A stretch of DNA of 64,000 nt from an uncultured Collinsella sp. (lineage in GTDB: Bacteria; Actinomycetota; Coriobacteriia; Coriobacteriales; Coriobacteriaceae). How positions within the stretch are numbered: position 1 is the first letter of the stretch; each line of letters opens with the position of its first letter. This document shows, piece after piece, positions 38,199 through 47,911 of the stretch. The notes under the pieces are model-generated. The model was not told where the DNA came from. It searched no databases and worked only from the letters and a program-made list of their open reading frames with translations. Location of the stretch: positions 236 to 64,235 of the forward strand of contig CATWKM010000004.1 of assembly GCA_958351385.1 (NCBI GenBank), read 5' to 3'. The position numbers and the translations under genes are program-made.

Positions 38199-39197
38199 TT
38201 ATTCCTCGACCGGCGTGAGCACCATGACGGCGCGTGTGTTGCTCAGCGACAGCGAACGACAGGTCACGAGCGTTACAACCTTGGTTGCCGAAGCGGCACG
38301 ATCGGTGGCATCACTCGCCACGGCAGAGGCACCGTCGAACATCTCGGACAGGTAGTTCTTGAGCCCGTCATCGCCCTCAAAATTGGGCGTGCGCGCCTTG
38401 GCATACGTGTCCTCGACAACTTTGGTCGCCAGTGGTCGCAGCTTATACGTAGCATCCCGTGTGATGTAATACACAAACTCGATGCTATCGAACGTCGCCT
38501 GATCAGTGGTGTCCGAAATCACGTTGAACATCGACCCATCGTTCATATGGTGGCCGTAGATCGTGGTCTGCTGGTCGACCATTCCCGGCGCGGTGTCATC
38601 GCTATCCAGGAAAATAGCACCGGACGCGTTAGCCGTTCCGTCGAACAGCGTGTTGAGGTATTTGGAGTTGTTGTTGGTCTGCACCACGGGATAGTTGATG
38701 TTGGTTCCCGGCACGTAAATCCAACCCACAATCTCGGGGTTCGTCTGAGCAAGCGCATCAAAGTCGATAATCGGCACGCCGCTGGCGTCCTTATCGCTTA
38801 CATATTGCTTCTCGATTTTCTGATACGAATCGCTCGCCTGCTTATAGCCAATCTGGGCATTAATAAAAATAGCGGCGGCGGCGACAATCAGACCGATACC
38901 GATGATGATGAGCAGAATGGGAATAATGGAGCGGCGCTTTTTGCGCGGCGGCTCGGTGCAATCCGACGGCGCGGCATGCGATGAAGACCGGGGCGGCTTC
39001 TTAGCGGAGCTATAAGACGAAGGGCGATAAGCAGCAGGCGTATCCTGACGGCGATGGGACGTCGGCGTTACGGAACGCGGCGCGCGCGGCTGCTGAGGAG
39101 AGGATGTCCGACCCTGCTGTGCCGCATGGGCAGCACCCGGCTTCGACGGATCGGGAATCTGAGAAGCCTTGAATCGTTTTCCCTGATAATCGGACAT
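38199..39197 (-). CDS. srtB: Class B sortase with disordered N-terminus
   Basis: TM anchor, NPEIVGWI…INYPVVQ, GAIFLD, IYGHHM, LVTC…R. Confidence 0.88.
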   Translation of the reverse strand: MSDYQGKRFKASQIPDPSKPGAAHAAQQGRTSSPQQPRAPRSVTPTSHRRQDTPAAYRPSSYSSAKKPPRSSSHAAPSDCTEPPRKKRRSIIPILLIIIGIGLIVAAAAIFINAQIGYKQASDSYQKIEKQYVSDKDASGVPIIDFDALAQTNPEIVGWIYVPGTNINYPVVQTNNNSKYLNTLFDGTANASGAIFLDSDDTAPGMVDQQTTIYGHHMNDGSMFNVISDTTDQATFDSIEFVYYITRDATYKLRPLATKVVEDTYAKARTPNFEGDDGLKNYLSEMFDGASAVASDATDRAASATKVVTLVTCRSLSLSNTRAVMVLTPVEE

Positions 39198-39232
39198 GGC
39201 TCTCCTTATACTGCGGTGAAACGGCGGAACGC

Positions 39233-39697
39233 CTAGGCGTCGGCCATCTCCTGCTTCATTTTCTCGATAACCTTGCGGTACTCGGGGTCGCATGCGCCCA
39301 GAATCTGCGTGGCGTAAATGGCAGCGTTCTTGGCACCGTTGATGGCCACACAGGCAACGGGCACGCCCGAAGGCATCTGCACCATCGACAGCAGCGAGTC
39401 CATACCACCCAGATCGCTCGTCTTCATAGGCACGCCGATGACCGGCAGCGGCGTAAAGGCCGCCACGACACCGCCCAGGTGAGCAGCCTTGCCGGCAGCA
39501 GCGATAATCACCTTGATGCCGCGGTCAGCAGCAGTCGAGGCCCACTCATGGACCTTCGCCGGCGTACGGTGCGCGCTTGCAATCACGAGCTCATAGGGCA
39601 CGCCCAGTGCCTCGAGCTCGGCGGTGCAGCCCTCCATAACGCCCAGATCGGACTTGGAGCCCATGATGATCCCGACAACCGGCTTCTGATCTGCCAT
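39233..39697 (-). CDS. purE: N5-CAIR mutase
   Basis: IMGSKSD, SAHRTP, AAHLGG, SMVQMPSGVPVA. Confidence 0.96.
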   Translation of the reverse strand: MADQKPVVGIIMGSKSDLGVMEGCTAELEALGVPYELVIASAHRTPAKVHEWASTAADRGIKVIIAAAGKAAHLGGVVAAFTPLPVIGVPMKTSDLGGMDSLLSMVQMPSGVPVACVAINGAKNAAIYATQILGACDPEYRKVIEKMKQEMADA

Positions 39698-39852
39698 AAA
39701 CAAAGACCTCCTGTTGAGAGCGGTGACGCAGCGAATCCGCGACCCTTAACTGCAAATAATTCAAGTATAGCCGCCGATGCTGATGTGTTCGGCGGGAGAC
39801 GGAACGCTTTGCGAGATTAAGGCCGAAGGGTCGGAGCTTTCCGCCCACATTC

Positions 39853-39896
39853 AAAAAGCGTGCCCACCGTCCTTGGGTGGGACGGCGGGCACGCTT
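39853..39896 (-). terminator. Terminator after the GH31 gene
   Basis: AAGCGTGCCC(A)CCGTCC…GGACGG(C)GGGCACGCTT with an A-run on the plus strand. Confidence 0.75.
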
Positions 39897-39914
39897 GCTT
39901 AGCTGTTGCTGGGG

Positions 39915-42900
39915 CTACTTAGCCTTGCTGCGACGATGGAAGAAAGCGCCGATCGCGGCGATGATGGCGCCAAGACCACCGACGGTCGCGACGGTCGCCG
40001 CCGTCTGGTCTCCGGTATTGGGAATCGCCGAACCGTTCTTCTTGCTGCCCTGGGCCTTGTCGCCTGCGGGCTTGCCCGCCTGGTTGCCGCCGTTCGAGCC
40101 ATTGCCGGAACCCTGGTTGCCCGAGCCGCCCTGATTGCCGGAATCGGCATCCTTGAGGCTCTCAATAGCCAGCTTGAGCTGGTCATAGGCCGCCTGGAGC
40201 TGGGTGTCGGAAGCATCCTCATCACCCAAGACGTCCTCGGCGTAGGTAATGGCATCCGTCAGGGCCTTGACAGACTCGGCCGTCTTGCCCCTAGTGTCAG
40301 TCTCCTTCGCCTGCTTGACCAGGGCCTTGAGCTGCTTCTTAGTCGGTTTCTCGACCGGGGCCACCGGGGTCTTCTCGAGCGCGCCGCGGGCGCTCTCGAG
40401 CGCCCTGAGCGCCTGGTCGACCTCGTCCTGCGTGGCTTTCTCGTCGCTCAAGATGGCGCGGGCGCTCGCCAGGGCGTTCTCGAGCGCCGTCCAGGAGGCC
40501 TCGGTGTAGTCACCGGCCTTGAGGTCGCCGGCAGCAATCTCGGCATCAACCTTTTCGATCGCGGTAGCGAGATCATCCTTCGCCACCGGATCGGGGACGG
40601 CCGTACCGTAGAACTTGAGCTCCGCCACGCTACAGTAGGCGTCGACGTCGCCACCGCCGGCGTGAATCACCTTGACGGTCACGTAGCGACCGCGCGCGGC
40701 GCCAAAGCTCATCTGTTTCCAGTCGCCACGGTCGGTGAGTACGTGGCCGTCGTTGTCGAAGGCGAACGTACCCATCGACACGGCGGTGCCCATCTCATAG
40801 CCGTCGGCAGTGTCGGAGACCAGTATCTCGGCCTCGAAGATATCGCCGTTAGTGCCGCCGTCCTGGCGCGGCAGGAATGTAACGTCGGTGAGATCGTAGT
40901 CGCGGCCCAGGTCGACACTCAGATACTGGGGCATACCGGTCCCATGGGCCCAGTCGCTGTGCCAAAGCGTCCGCTCGTCGCCGTCGAGAGCGTTGACGGC
41001 GTTGCTGCCCTCGTAGTCGGCCTCACTCGAGAAGCGGGCCACCTTGACGTTCTTGCGGTTCTCGGGCGTGTTGATGAGGATCTTCTCATCGACAGGGCGC
41101 ATCTTGAGGCCGTCGATTGCCTTCTCAATCTTGGCTGTGGCGTCTGCGACATCCTTCTTGCTATAGCTGCCTTGGCCGCCGTCGAGGAGCTTCCGAGCCG
41201 CCTCGACCGCAGTGGTGAGAGCTGCATAGGAATCCTTAGTGTAGACGGACTCGCTGTAGCCCGCGGCCTTGGAAAGCGCTGCCACGAGCGCAGAGGTATC
41301 GACACCAGCCTTGACCTCGACCTCATAGGATGCGGTCTTGGAGGGGTCGAGTACCGACGCCACCGTGATCTTTGCCTTGCCGGCCTTGTTGGCACGCAGG
41401 TAGTAGCTCACGCTATCGCCAGCCTGAACAGCGGAGACGCTTACCACAGAGGGGTCGGAGCTCTCGACCGTCACATAGGGGTAGCCGGCGCTCTCAGGCG
41501 TGGCCTTGGCGTCGACGAGCGTAACGTCGCCTTCAAAGAACTCGGTCTGGTTCTTGCCTAGCTCGACACCCTCGATGGCCTCGACACCCTGCGTGTAGTT
41601 GAAGTTGACCTCACGCAGTGTGAGCATCTGGCCACCCGATGCCTCAAGCGGCGTGACCTCGACCTTGGTCGCCTTCTTGCCCTTGTTCTCGGCAGAGAGG
41701 CCAAAGGCGTAGCGAGCCCGGAAGGAATCGTACTCCCCGCCCGCGAACTCTTGGGTCGAGCCATCCTCGAACGTCACGACAGCCTTGATCTTCTGCACGG
41801 TTCCGTTGCCACCGTTGCGGTTAACGACCTCGACACTATCGAGTTTCGACGGCGTCTTAAATGCGAATGTCATCGTGGTGGGAAGCTTCACGTAACTCGG
41901 AAGCTTACCCTCGCTGCCCCAGTTGGGCTCCCAGTCCCATAGGAACTCAAAGCCGTTGTCGCCCTCGTTATTATCGAACAGCGCGTTATAGCTCTTCTGC
42001 TGGATAAGTTTCTCGACGTTGGTCCCGTCGTCGGTCGTGAGCTCATCGTTGGTCATCGTGATGTTGAAGGCATCCTGACCGTACTCGGCGACCGTTGGCT
42101 GAGGAACATCCGGCATCGTCACCGTGCCGTCGCTCGCAAACTCAAGTGCGTCGCATGCCGGACCGATGAGCCAAGATGTCGAGGGCAGTTCGACCTTGCC
42201 GGCGGTCTTGGCCTTGAGCTTGAAACTCGCCACCGCGCCGGTACCGTTGTAGAGCTTGCCATCGCCGCGGTTGGCAAAGGCGAGATTGATAGTCTGCGTT
42301 CCGTCCACGAACTGGACCTTCTCGCGAGACAGATTCTCCATGCCGGCAGTCGAGCCGTCCTGCGCGATGCTCTCGGACACAAACTCGAACTGGTCGCTCT
42401 TGAAGTTGACGAGAGCGCCCAGGGCGTTGACGTTCTTGGCGTCGGCCGCATAGACATCAACGGTGATCTCATCACCGGCCTCGACCTCGGTCTTGCTCGG
42501 AATCACCGCGAGCGAACCGGCGACCTTGCCCTTTTGTTTAGTGCCGCCGTCAAGACCCGCCATGGTGAACGAGTAATCGTAGACGTCGTAAACGCCGTTA
42601 TCGTTGAGGTCGGCGAAGTGGTCGCGGATCTGCGAACCGAACGTCGGGGTATCGGGCTCGCGGTTCTCGAGGCCCAGATAGTTCTTCATGTTGGAGTAGT
42701 CTCCGTCGGAGATCGTGGCCTTGTTGAGGTTGGAGCCCACGGCGAAGCCATCCGTGCCGTCGGTCTTGTAGATGGCAATCTCGGACGCGGAGAAGAAATT
42801 GCCGACCGAGGCGAGCGGTGTCATGCGCACGTAACGGGCGGCCACGGTGCCGTCAAACGCTACCGTCTTACAATCAGCGGAACGTGCCCAATCGACCTCC

Positions 42901-45900
42901 TGGCTCGTCCAGTGGACGCCATCGAGACTCGTCTCAACACGCATCTTGGTCACAGTGCCGTTGCCGGCGTCATCGCGCGGATAGTACTCGAGCTTATCGA
43001 GCTTGTAAGCGCGTCCATAGTCAACGGTAAGCGCCTTGCCCAGATCGTTGCCACCGGAGTGGAAACCGCCGTCGCCCGACTGGAACTCATGGTCGAAGGC
43101 AAGCTCGGCCTTATGGCTGCCGTAAAGTGAGCCCTCCCAGGTGATTTCCTCGGCGTCGGGGACGTTCCGCCACGGATCGAGTGCGGAGTTCGCCTCGAGC
43201 ACATCGCTCCAGGCGGAGTAACCCTCGGCGTTGCGCGAACGAATCTGGTAGGTGTGCTTGCTATTGTAGGCGAGGTCGGTGTGCGTGAACTCGGCCGCAT
43301 CACCCACGGCAAACACAGTGCCGTCGACCTTAAGGTCGTAGGAGGTAGCACCATCGACCTTTCCCCAGGTGAGCTTTATGCTCGTTGGGGTCGTGACGTC
43401 CTCGGGGGCAGCAAGGTTCGTGGGTGCGGAGAGGTTCTCGTTGAGGCGATCGGCTGTGAGCGTGGCGTCGGCATTCACGAAACCGCCCAGCTCAAGCGTC
43501 TGCGCCGCTGCAGCAACATCGGTCTTCGCGAACTTGACGTAGACCTTGGGGTTCGTGGTGATCTTGGTGTTGTTAAAGCTCTCGCCCTGCTCGGCCTCGG
43601 TGCCGTCCGCATCGCTGCCGTAGTGGTTGAGGTTGGGGGTCTCGCTGTAGAAGTAGACCGCCTGGCCGGCCTCGGGGGTCGCGGCGTCAAAGGTCTCCTG
43701 CGAGTCGACCTCAACCACGTTGAGTGCGGATCCGCCGTTCTTGGCGACAACGCTCGTGGGCTTGGCGGACACATTGGCCACGAAGGTCGTGGTGCGGTTG
43801 GAGTCGTAGCCGTTGTAGCCGCCCTTCGAGGCCTCGGCGGTAAAGGTCGCGGTGCCGCCTGCGGCCTTGGAGCTGTAGACGGTGCTCACATGCTCACCGT
43901 AGGAGATATTGTCGATCGTGCCGTAGGAATCGTCCTCAGTCGTGTTGTTTTCGATGGAGGAGCCGTCGTCCTCGTACTGCGTAAAGGTGCCGTCGCCCTC
44001 GGTGGCGAAGAACTCGACGATACGCTGACTGCGGTCGGTACCCTTGGTGTTGGTGTCGCTCACTGCCTCGGGGTTGTTGTTCTCGGCGTACATCGGCACG
44101 ATAGCGTTGGCCTTCACAAACAGCGGCAGCTTCCAAAGCGGAGCCTCGTAGTTGTTGAGAACCTGGCCGCCGCGATACTGCTTACCCGAGAAGTAATCGA
44201 TCCAGATGGTGGGATTCTCGTCGGTGCCGTAGTTGGGGAGGTAAATCCCATTGCGAATGTCGTTGCCGTTCTCGTCTGCCTGGGTATCCTGATACACCGG
44301 TGCCACTAGGAAGTTCTCACCGAACATATACTGGTACTGCGTCGAAGTGCTTGCGGCGTACTCGGAGTTGTCGGAAAGCAGCATGGCGCGGATCATGGGC
44401 AGGCCGGCATCGCCGTTACCCGTGTCGATGTTGGCCGCCGAGGCCGCGCTCGTGTAGATATAGGGCATGAGCTGCGCCTTGAGCTTGAGGTAGAAGCGCG
44501 AGATGCCTGTGTAGGGATCGCCGTGCGTCATGGGCGATTTACGGTAGGTGCCCCAACCGTCCATGTCAAGCATAGAGGGCGTGAACGTCTTCCACTGGTA
44601 GTCACGCGCAGAGATGATGGGGTCGCCGCCAAAGATGCCATCCATGTCGGAGCCGATGTTGGGGTTGCCCGAAAGACTCTGACCGATATACGTGGGGATA
44701 TGGAAGCGAATGTACTCCCAGTTACCGCCATACTGGTCGCCGGTCCAAATGCCACCAAAGCGCTGCGTGCCGGCCCAACCATCGAGCGTGATGATGTTGG
44801 GGCGCTTGTTAGCGCCGGTCGTCACCGTGTCATAAGCTGTCTTGATGCCATTAAGACCAAAGGAGTAGCCAGATCCAACCCAGGCAACGTCGGTCTTAAG
44901 GGTAGTGATGCCTCCCGTCTTGACCTCGGCGTCGAAGTCGCGGAGCAGATGCCACGGGGTCTCAGGGTTGCTGTCGGGCTCAAGGTTGGACTGGGTCCAC
45001 AAGCCCGTGCTCACACCCTTGGAGTTGGCATACTCGGTGAACTTCTTAAGGTTGTCGACATTGGCACGCACAGCGTTAAGACGGTCGGCCGAGCTCGCTC
45101 CGTCGGAGTTGACGCCGCCGGTCTTGTAGTAACCGTTCTGGCCATAGCCGGCGCCGTAACCGTCGTTCGGCAGGAACCAGCCGAGCGGCATGTCGTTGTC
45201 CTCGTAGTCATCGATAACCTGACGAGCAGAGAACTGGCGGTCGAAATCGGTCGCTTTCATGTTCTCGGTATCAACCGTAGGGCCCTCACCGTTGAGCGTC
45301 TCGGCCGCAAGTGTGCCGTCGAGCTTGTAGCCCGTCGACATGCCAGACTCGTACTTAACGTCGCCCTTCTCGCTCGAGGACTTGCTGCCCTTGGTCTCCC
45401 ACTTCTTTTGACCCGAGGTCGTTGACCAGCCATCACGGTTATAGGCATTAAGATGACCAAGGTAGAACCCGTACTCGGGCAGCAGTACCGGGTTACCGGT
45501 CACCTTGTAGTAGTCCTGCAGCATCTCAGTTGCCACGTTCGAAGCTCCCTCGTTGGTCGCCACGAAGTAGTAGGCATCAAACTCATTCTCGCTGTGCAAA
45601 GTCGTGACCGTCGATGAGTCCGTGGAACCGAAGTCGTAGGAACCCTCTGCAAACGTGTTTCGGAGCACGCCGTAGCCGTCACTCGTCCAATAAAACGGGT
45701 TGGGCGAGGCAACGCCGCCATCGGTCCAGTTGTTCGTGTTGGAGATGGCGATGGTCTGGTTGGTGTGCAGGAAGCGTCCGTTCTGGGTGCCGCCGCCAAA
45801 GAAGTTCTCGGACTTCTCCTTGGCGAGCGTCTGGACGGTACCCTTCTTATCAAGGTCGAGGGACGCGGACTCGGAAACCACGACACGGTCGCCTGACTTG

Positions 45901-46328
45901 ATACTCATCTTGCCAGTCGCCTTGTCCAGGATCACGGTCGCCTTTCCGCCGGTGATCTCGATAGTGTCGCCCTTGTCGGCAACCGTCGCACTCGGCTTGC
46001 TGTAGGTGTCCGAGGTATCGGGCTGAGCCTGGATCTTAGCCGTGTGGGACTTACTGCGCGGCGTGGCGTACTCGGAAAACTCACCCTTGGGGTCGACGTT
46101 ATAACGGAAAATACCGTCCTCGAGGAACGTAATACGGCCCTTGATGCCGTCAGCGAAATCGATGTCGACGACATTCGAGGCAGACTGGGACACGGTCGCC
46201 GAGTCGACGCCCTTGAGTGGCGTGGCAATCGCCTGCTGGGGATTGGCAAACACGAGCGTCGCTGCAGTGGCAACGAGGACCGCGCTTCCCTTCACCCACC
46301 GTTTCGTAAAAATGGAATTCCTGCGCAT
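39915..46328 (-). CDS. Secreted multimodular GH31 (probable alpha-N-acetylgalactosaminidase) with FN3, F5/8 (CBM32-like), dockerin/cohesin-like, Ig, FIVAR modules and a sortase anchor
   Basis: Signal peptide; GGGTQNGRF, WFLPNDGYG, LKTDVAWVG, WTGDQYG, IGSDMDGIFG; DLNDNGVYDVYD; LDGDERTLWHS; IPNTG+TM+RRSKAK. Start ATG 46328 after AAAGGAG. Confidence 0.88.
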   Translation of the reverse strand: MRRNSIFTKRWVKGSAVLVATAATLVFANPQQAIATPLKGVDSATVSQSASNVVDIDFADGIKGRITFLEDGIFRYNVDPKGEFSEYATPRSKSHTAKIQAQPDTSDTYSKPSATVADKGDTIEITGGKATVILDKATGKMSIKSGDRVVVSESASLDLDKKGTVQTLAKEKSENFFGGGTQNGRFLHTNQTIAISNTNNWTDGGVASPNPFYWTSDGYGVLRNTFAEGSYDFGSTDSSTVTTLHSENEFDAYYFVATNEGASNVATEMLQDYYKVTGNPVLLPEYGFYLGHLNAYNRDGWSTTSGQKKWETKGSKSSSEKGDVKYESGMSTGYKLDGTLAAETLNGEGPTVDTENMKATDFDRQFSARQVIDDYEDNDMPLGWFLPNDGYGAGYGQNGYYKTGGVNSDGASSADRLNAVRANVDNLKKFTEYANSKGVSTGLWTQSNLEPDSNPETPWHLLRDFDAEVKTGGITTLKTDVAWVGSGYSFGLNGIKTAYDTVTTGANKRPNIITLDGWAGTQRFGGIWTGDQYGGNWEYIRFHIPTYIGQSLSGNPNIGSDMDGIFGGDPIISARDYQWKTFTPSMLDMDGWGTYRKSPMTHGDPYTGISRFYLKLKAQLMPYIYTSAASAANIDTGNGDAGLPMIRAMLLSDNSEYAASTSTQYQYMFGENFLVAPVYQDTQADENGNDIRNGIYLPNYGTDENPTIWIDYFSGKQYRGGQVLNNYEAPLWKLPLFVKANAIVPMYAENNNPEAVSDTNTKGTDRSQRIVEFFATEGDGTFTQYEDDGSSIENNTTEDDSYGTIDNISYGEHVSTVYSSKAAGGTATFTAEASKGGYNGYDSNRTTTFVANVSAKPTSVVAKNGGSALNVVEVDSQETFDAATPEAGQAVYFYSETPNLNHYGSDADGTEAEQGESFNNTKITTNPKVYVKFAKTDVAAAAQTLELGGFVNADATLTADRLNENLSAPTNLAAPEDVTTPTSIKLTWGKVDGATSYDLKVDGTVFAVGDAAEFTHTDLAYNSKHTYQIRSRNAEGYSAWSDVLEANSALDPWRNVPDAEEITWEGSLYGSHKAELAFDHEFQSGDGGFHSGGNDLGKALTVDYGRAYKLDKLEYYPRDDAGNGTVTKMRVETSLDGVHWTSQEVDWARSADCKTVAFDGTVAARYVRMTPLASVGNFFSASEIAIYKTDGTDGFAVGSNLNKATISDGDYSNMKNYLGLENREPDTPTFGSQIRDHFADLNDNGVYDVYDYSFTMAGLDGGTKQKGKVAGSLAVIPSKTEVEAGDEITVDVYAADAKNVNALGALVNFKSDQFEFVSESIAQDGSTAGMENLSREKVQFVDGTQTINLAFANRGDGKLYNGTGAVASFKLKAKTAGKVELPSTSWLIGPACDALEFASDGTVTMPDVPQPTVAEYGQDAFNITMTNDELTTDDGTNVEKLIQQKSYNALFDNNEGDNGFEFLWDWEPNWGSEGKLPSYVKLPTTMTFAFKTPSKLDSVEVVNRNGGNGTVQKIKAVVTFEDGSTQEFAGGEYDSFRARYAFGLSAENKGKKATKVEVTPLEASGGQMLTLREVNFNYTQGVEAIEGVELGKNQTEFFEGDVTLVDAKATPESAGYPYVTVESSDPSVVSVSAVQAGDSVSYYLRANKAGKAKITVASVLDPSKTASYEVEVKAGVDTSALVAALSKAAGYSESVYTKDSYAALTTAVEAARKLLDGGQGSYSKKDVADATAKIEKAIDGLKMRPVDEKILINTPENRKNVKVARFSSEADYEGSNAVNALDGDERTLWHSDWAHGTGMPQYLSVDLGRDYDLTDVTFLPRQDGGTNGDIFEAEILVSDTADGYEMGTAVSMGTFAFDNDGHVLTDRGDWKQMSFGAARGRYVTVKVIHAGGGDVDAYCSVAELKFYGTAVPDPVAKDDLATAIEKVDAEIAAGDLKAGDYTEASWTALENALASARAILSDEKATQDEVDQALRALESARGALEKTPVAPVEKPTKKQLKALVKQAKETDTRGKTAESVKALTDAITYAEDVLGDEDASDTQLQAAYDQLKLAIESLKDADSGNQGGSGNQGSGNGSNGGNQAGKPAGDKAQGSKKNGSAIPNTGDQTAATVATVGGLGAIIAAIGAFFHRRSKAK

Positions 46329-46368
46329 CTGGTCTCCTTTCTTCCGACATGCTGAGGTGCCGAGGACG

Positions 46369-46379
46369 CCCCCCCCCCC
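46369..46379 (-). repeat. G11 homopolymer in the GH31 leader
   Basis: C11 on the plus strand, about 40-50 nt upstream of the ATG. Confidence 0.9.
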
Positions 46380-46408
46380 GGCAGCATGGGAAAACGTATC
46401 AAACGGAG

Positions 46409-46420
46409 ATGTTCGGTACA
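46409..46420. promoter_or_regulatory. Candidate operator ATGTTCGGTACA (GH31 promoter)
   Basis: Identical 12-mer at 50742-50753 upstream of the PTS operon; imperfect TGT…ACA palindrome. Confidence 0.6.
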
Positions 46421-46656
46421 TTCCGCACAATGGGGGCCACCCGTTACCAAGGGGCCAACTGGTAGTAACCAGATAGCCACCTACTAGGTCATATCAACAT
46501 ATGGGAGCACTTGCGCACCCAAGTTCGGAATTCTCCCAGCGGCAGCAAAATAAGCGTCAACGGCAAGGTGGGCTTAATAAGCCATACCAATTGGTTCTTC
46601 AGTCAAATACCAATCTAGCAAAAATGTACTGTTTATCTGGTATTACACAGACCATA

Positions 46657-46702
46657 CCTTTCCCTCGGGAACTGGGCTTCGCGAAGTTTCCCGAGGGAAA
46701 GG
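46657..46702. repeat. Structured ~45-bp hairpin element, copy 1
   Basis: CCTTTCCCTCGGGAAC-TGGGCTTCGCGAAG-TTTCCCGAGGGAAAGG; inverted homologue at 51901-51945. Confidence 0.85.
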
Positions 46703-46844
46703 CTCAGCCGCCATCCTGCAACCTACCGGGGATTGCCATGACGTACGTTGGCTGATTTGGTTTGGAATGAGATGTTGACGGTGGCTGATGGGCACAACTG
46801 TCCCGGGTGCATTTCAAGATGCACCTAAATGTCTGTCTTTATCC

Positions 46845-47321
46845 TTATAGATTGTCCAGGTAGTCGTCGGCATCATAGGTAAGGCTGTAAGCTTTATTCA
46901 GGATGCGCACGAGCTCCTGGGCATCGTGCTCGCCGAGCGCTGAGAGTTGTTTCGAGAGCGATGCCACACTCTCGGCATTTTTTTTCGCCGCGAAATCACG
47001 GCCTTCCTCGGTAATGCTCACCAGCACACGCCGACGATCGTTTGGATCAGTCCTGCGCTGAACGTAACCCTTACTCTCGAGTGAATCCAAGATATGCGAC
47101 ATGCGCGCACGGGAGAATTTCAGCTTCTTGGCAATCTCGGAGGGAATGACATCACCGTCAATACCCGATAGATACTGTAAAACCGGTGCCTCGCCCACAC
47201 TGGCGCCGCCGGCAGCACTCAAGGATCCCTTGGCAAGGGAACGTGAGTACACAATCAGTTTTCGAGCGACGTCATCGTAATCCACTGGGGATATTGTCCT
47301 TTGCAACTCTAGAAGGGCCAT
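46845..47321 (-). CDS. MarR family transcriptional regulator
   Basis: PSEIAKKL…SRARMSHILDSLESKGYVQR…DRRRVLVSITEEG. Confidence 0.92.
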   Translation of the reverse strand: MALLELQRTISPVDYDDVARKLIVYSRSLAKGSLSAAGGASVGEAPVLQYLSGIDGDVIPSEIAKKLKFSRARMSHILDSLESKGYVQRRTDPNDRRRVLVSITEEGRDFAAKKNAESVASLSKQLSALGEHDAQELVRILNKAYSLTYDADDYLDNL

Positions 47322-47389
47322 AAAACCGTCATTTGCCGTACATTGGTTAACATTCGCAACAATTATTTATGATACCCCAACGCGGAAGT

Positions 47390-47716
47390 CTATTGCTCGT
47401 CCTTCTTGCGTCGCATAAGCTCCTCAACGTCGACACCAGCGGCCTCGAGCATGCGCTCGACATTCTTTTTGGCGTTGGTCGTGCCGACCTTAAGCACGAT
47501 CGAAAGCGGAGTGCCCACCACCAGGCACACGATGCCCACGGGGACACCCCAGCCGGGGCCGCCCTGCATACCCCACATCCCCATCAAAAAGCCAATCGCC
47601 ACGAGCGAATAGCCCAGGCGCAGCCAAACATTGAGCCGCTGAATAGCATCGGTCTGCATCTTTGCCTCGCGAATCAAGTCGTCGCGCGAAAGGTCGTGTC
47701 CATGTTTCTCGTGCAT
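47390..47716 (-). CDS. Small 2-TM membrane protein downstream of the PTS operon
   Basis: RBS GAGGAGG, two hydrophobic helices. Confidence 0.7.
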   Translation of the reverse strand: MHEKHGHDLSRDDLIREAKMQTDAIQRLNVWLRLGYSLVAIGFLMGMWGMQGGPGWGVPVGIVCLVVGTPLSIVLKVGTTNAKKNVERMLEAAGVDVEELMRRKKDEQ

Positions 47717-47911
47717 ATGGTCCTCCTCGTGCAAAGTGTGCATCATGCGCAAGTGCATCGTTTGTCGAATACGTCATCTTTCAAGAGCAATATAGCGGGT
47801 GTCGTGTAGGCGATGGAGGTCGCTGGCCATATTGCCCTTGAAGGGCGGCGCAAAATCAGAAGGCCGTGCGGTTGAGGCCGCACGGCCTTACAGGGGGCCA
47901 GGGGATGATGA

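Noticed and set aside
46329..46430. GH31 N-terminal extension through the G11 tract (in-frame phase variation)
   Set aside because: The strong RBS and signal peptide point to ATG 46328, so the tract is probably non-coding.
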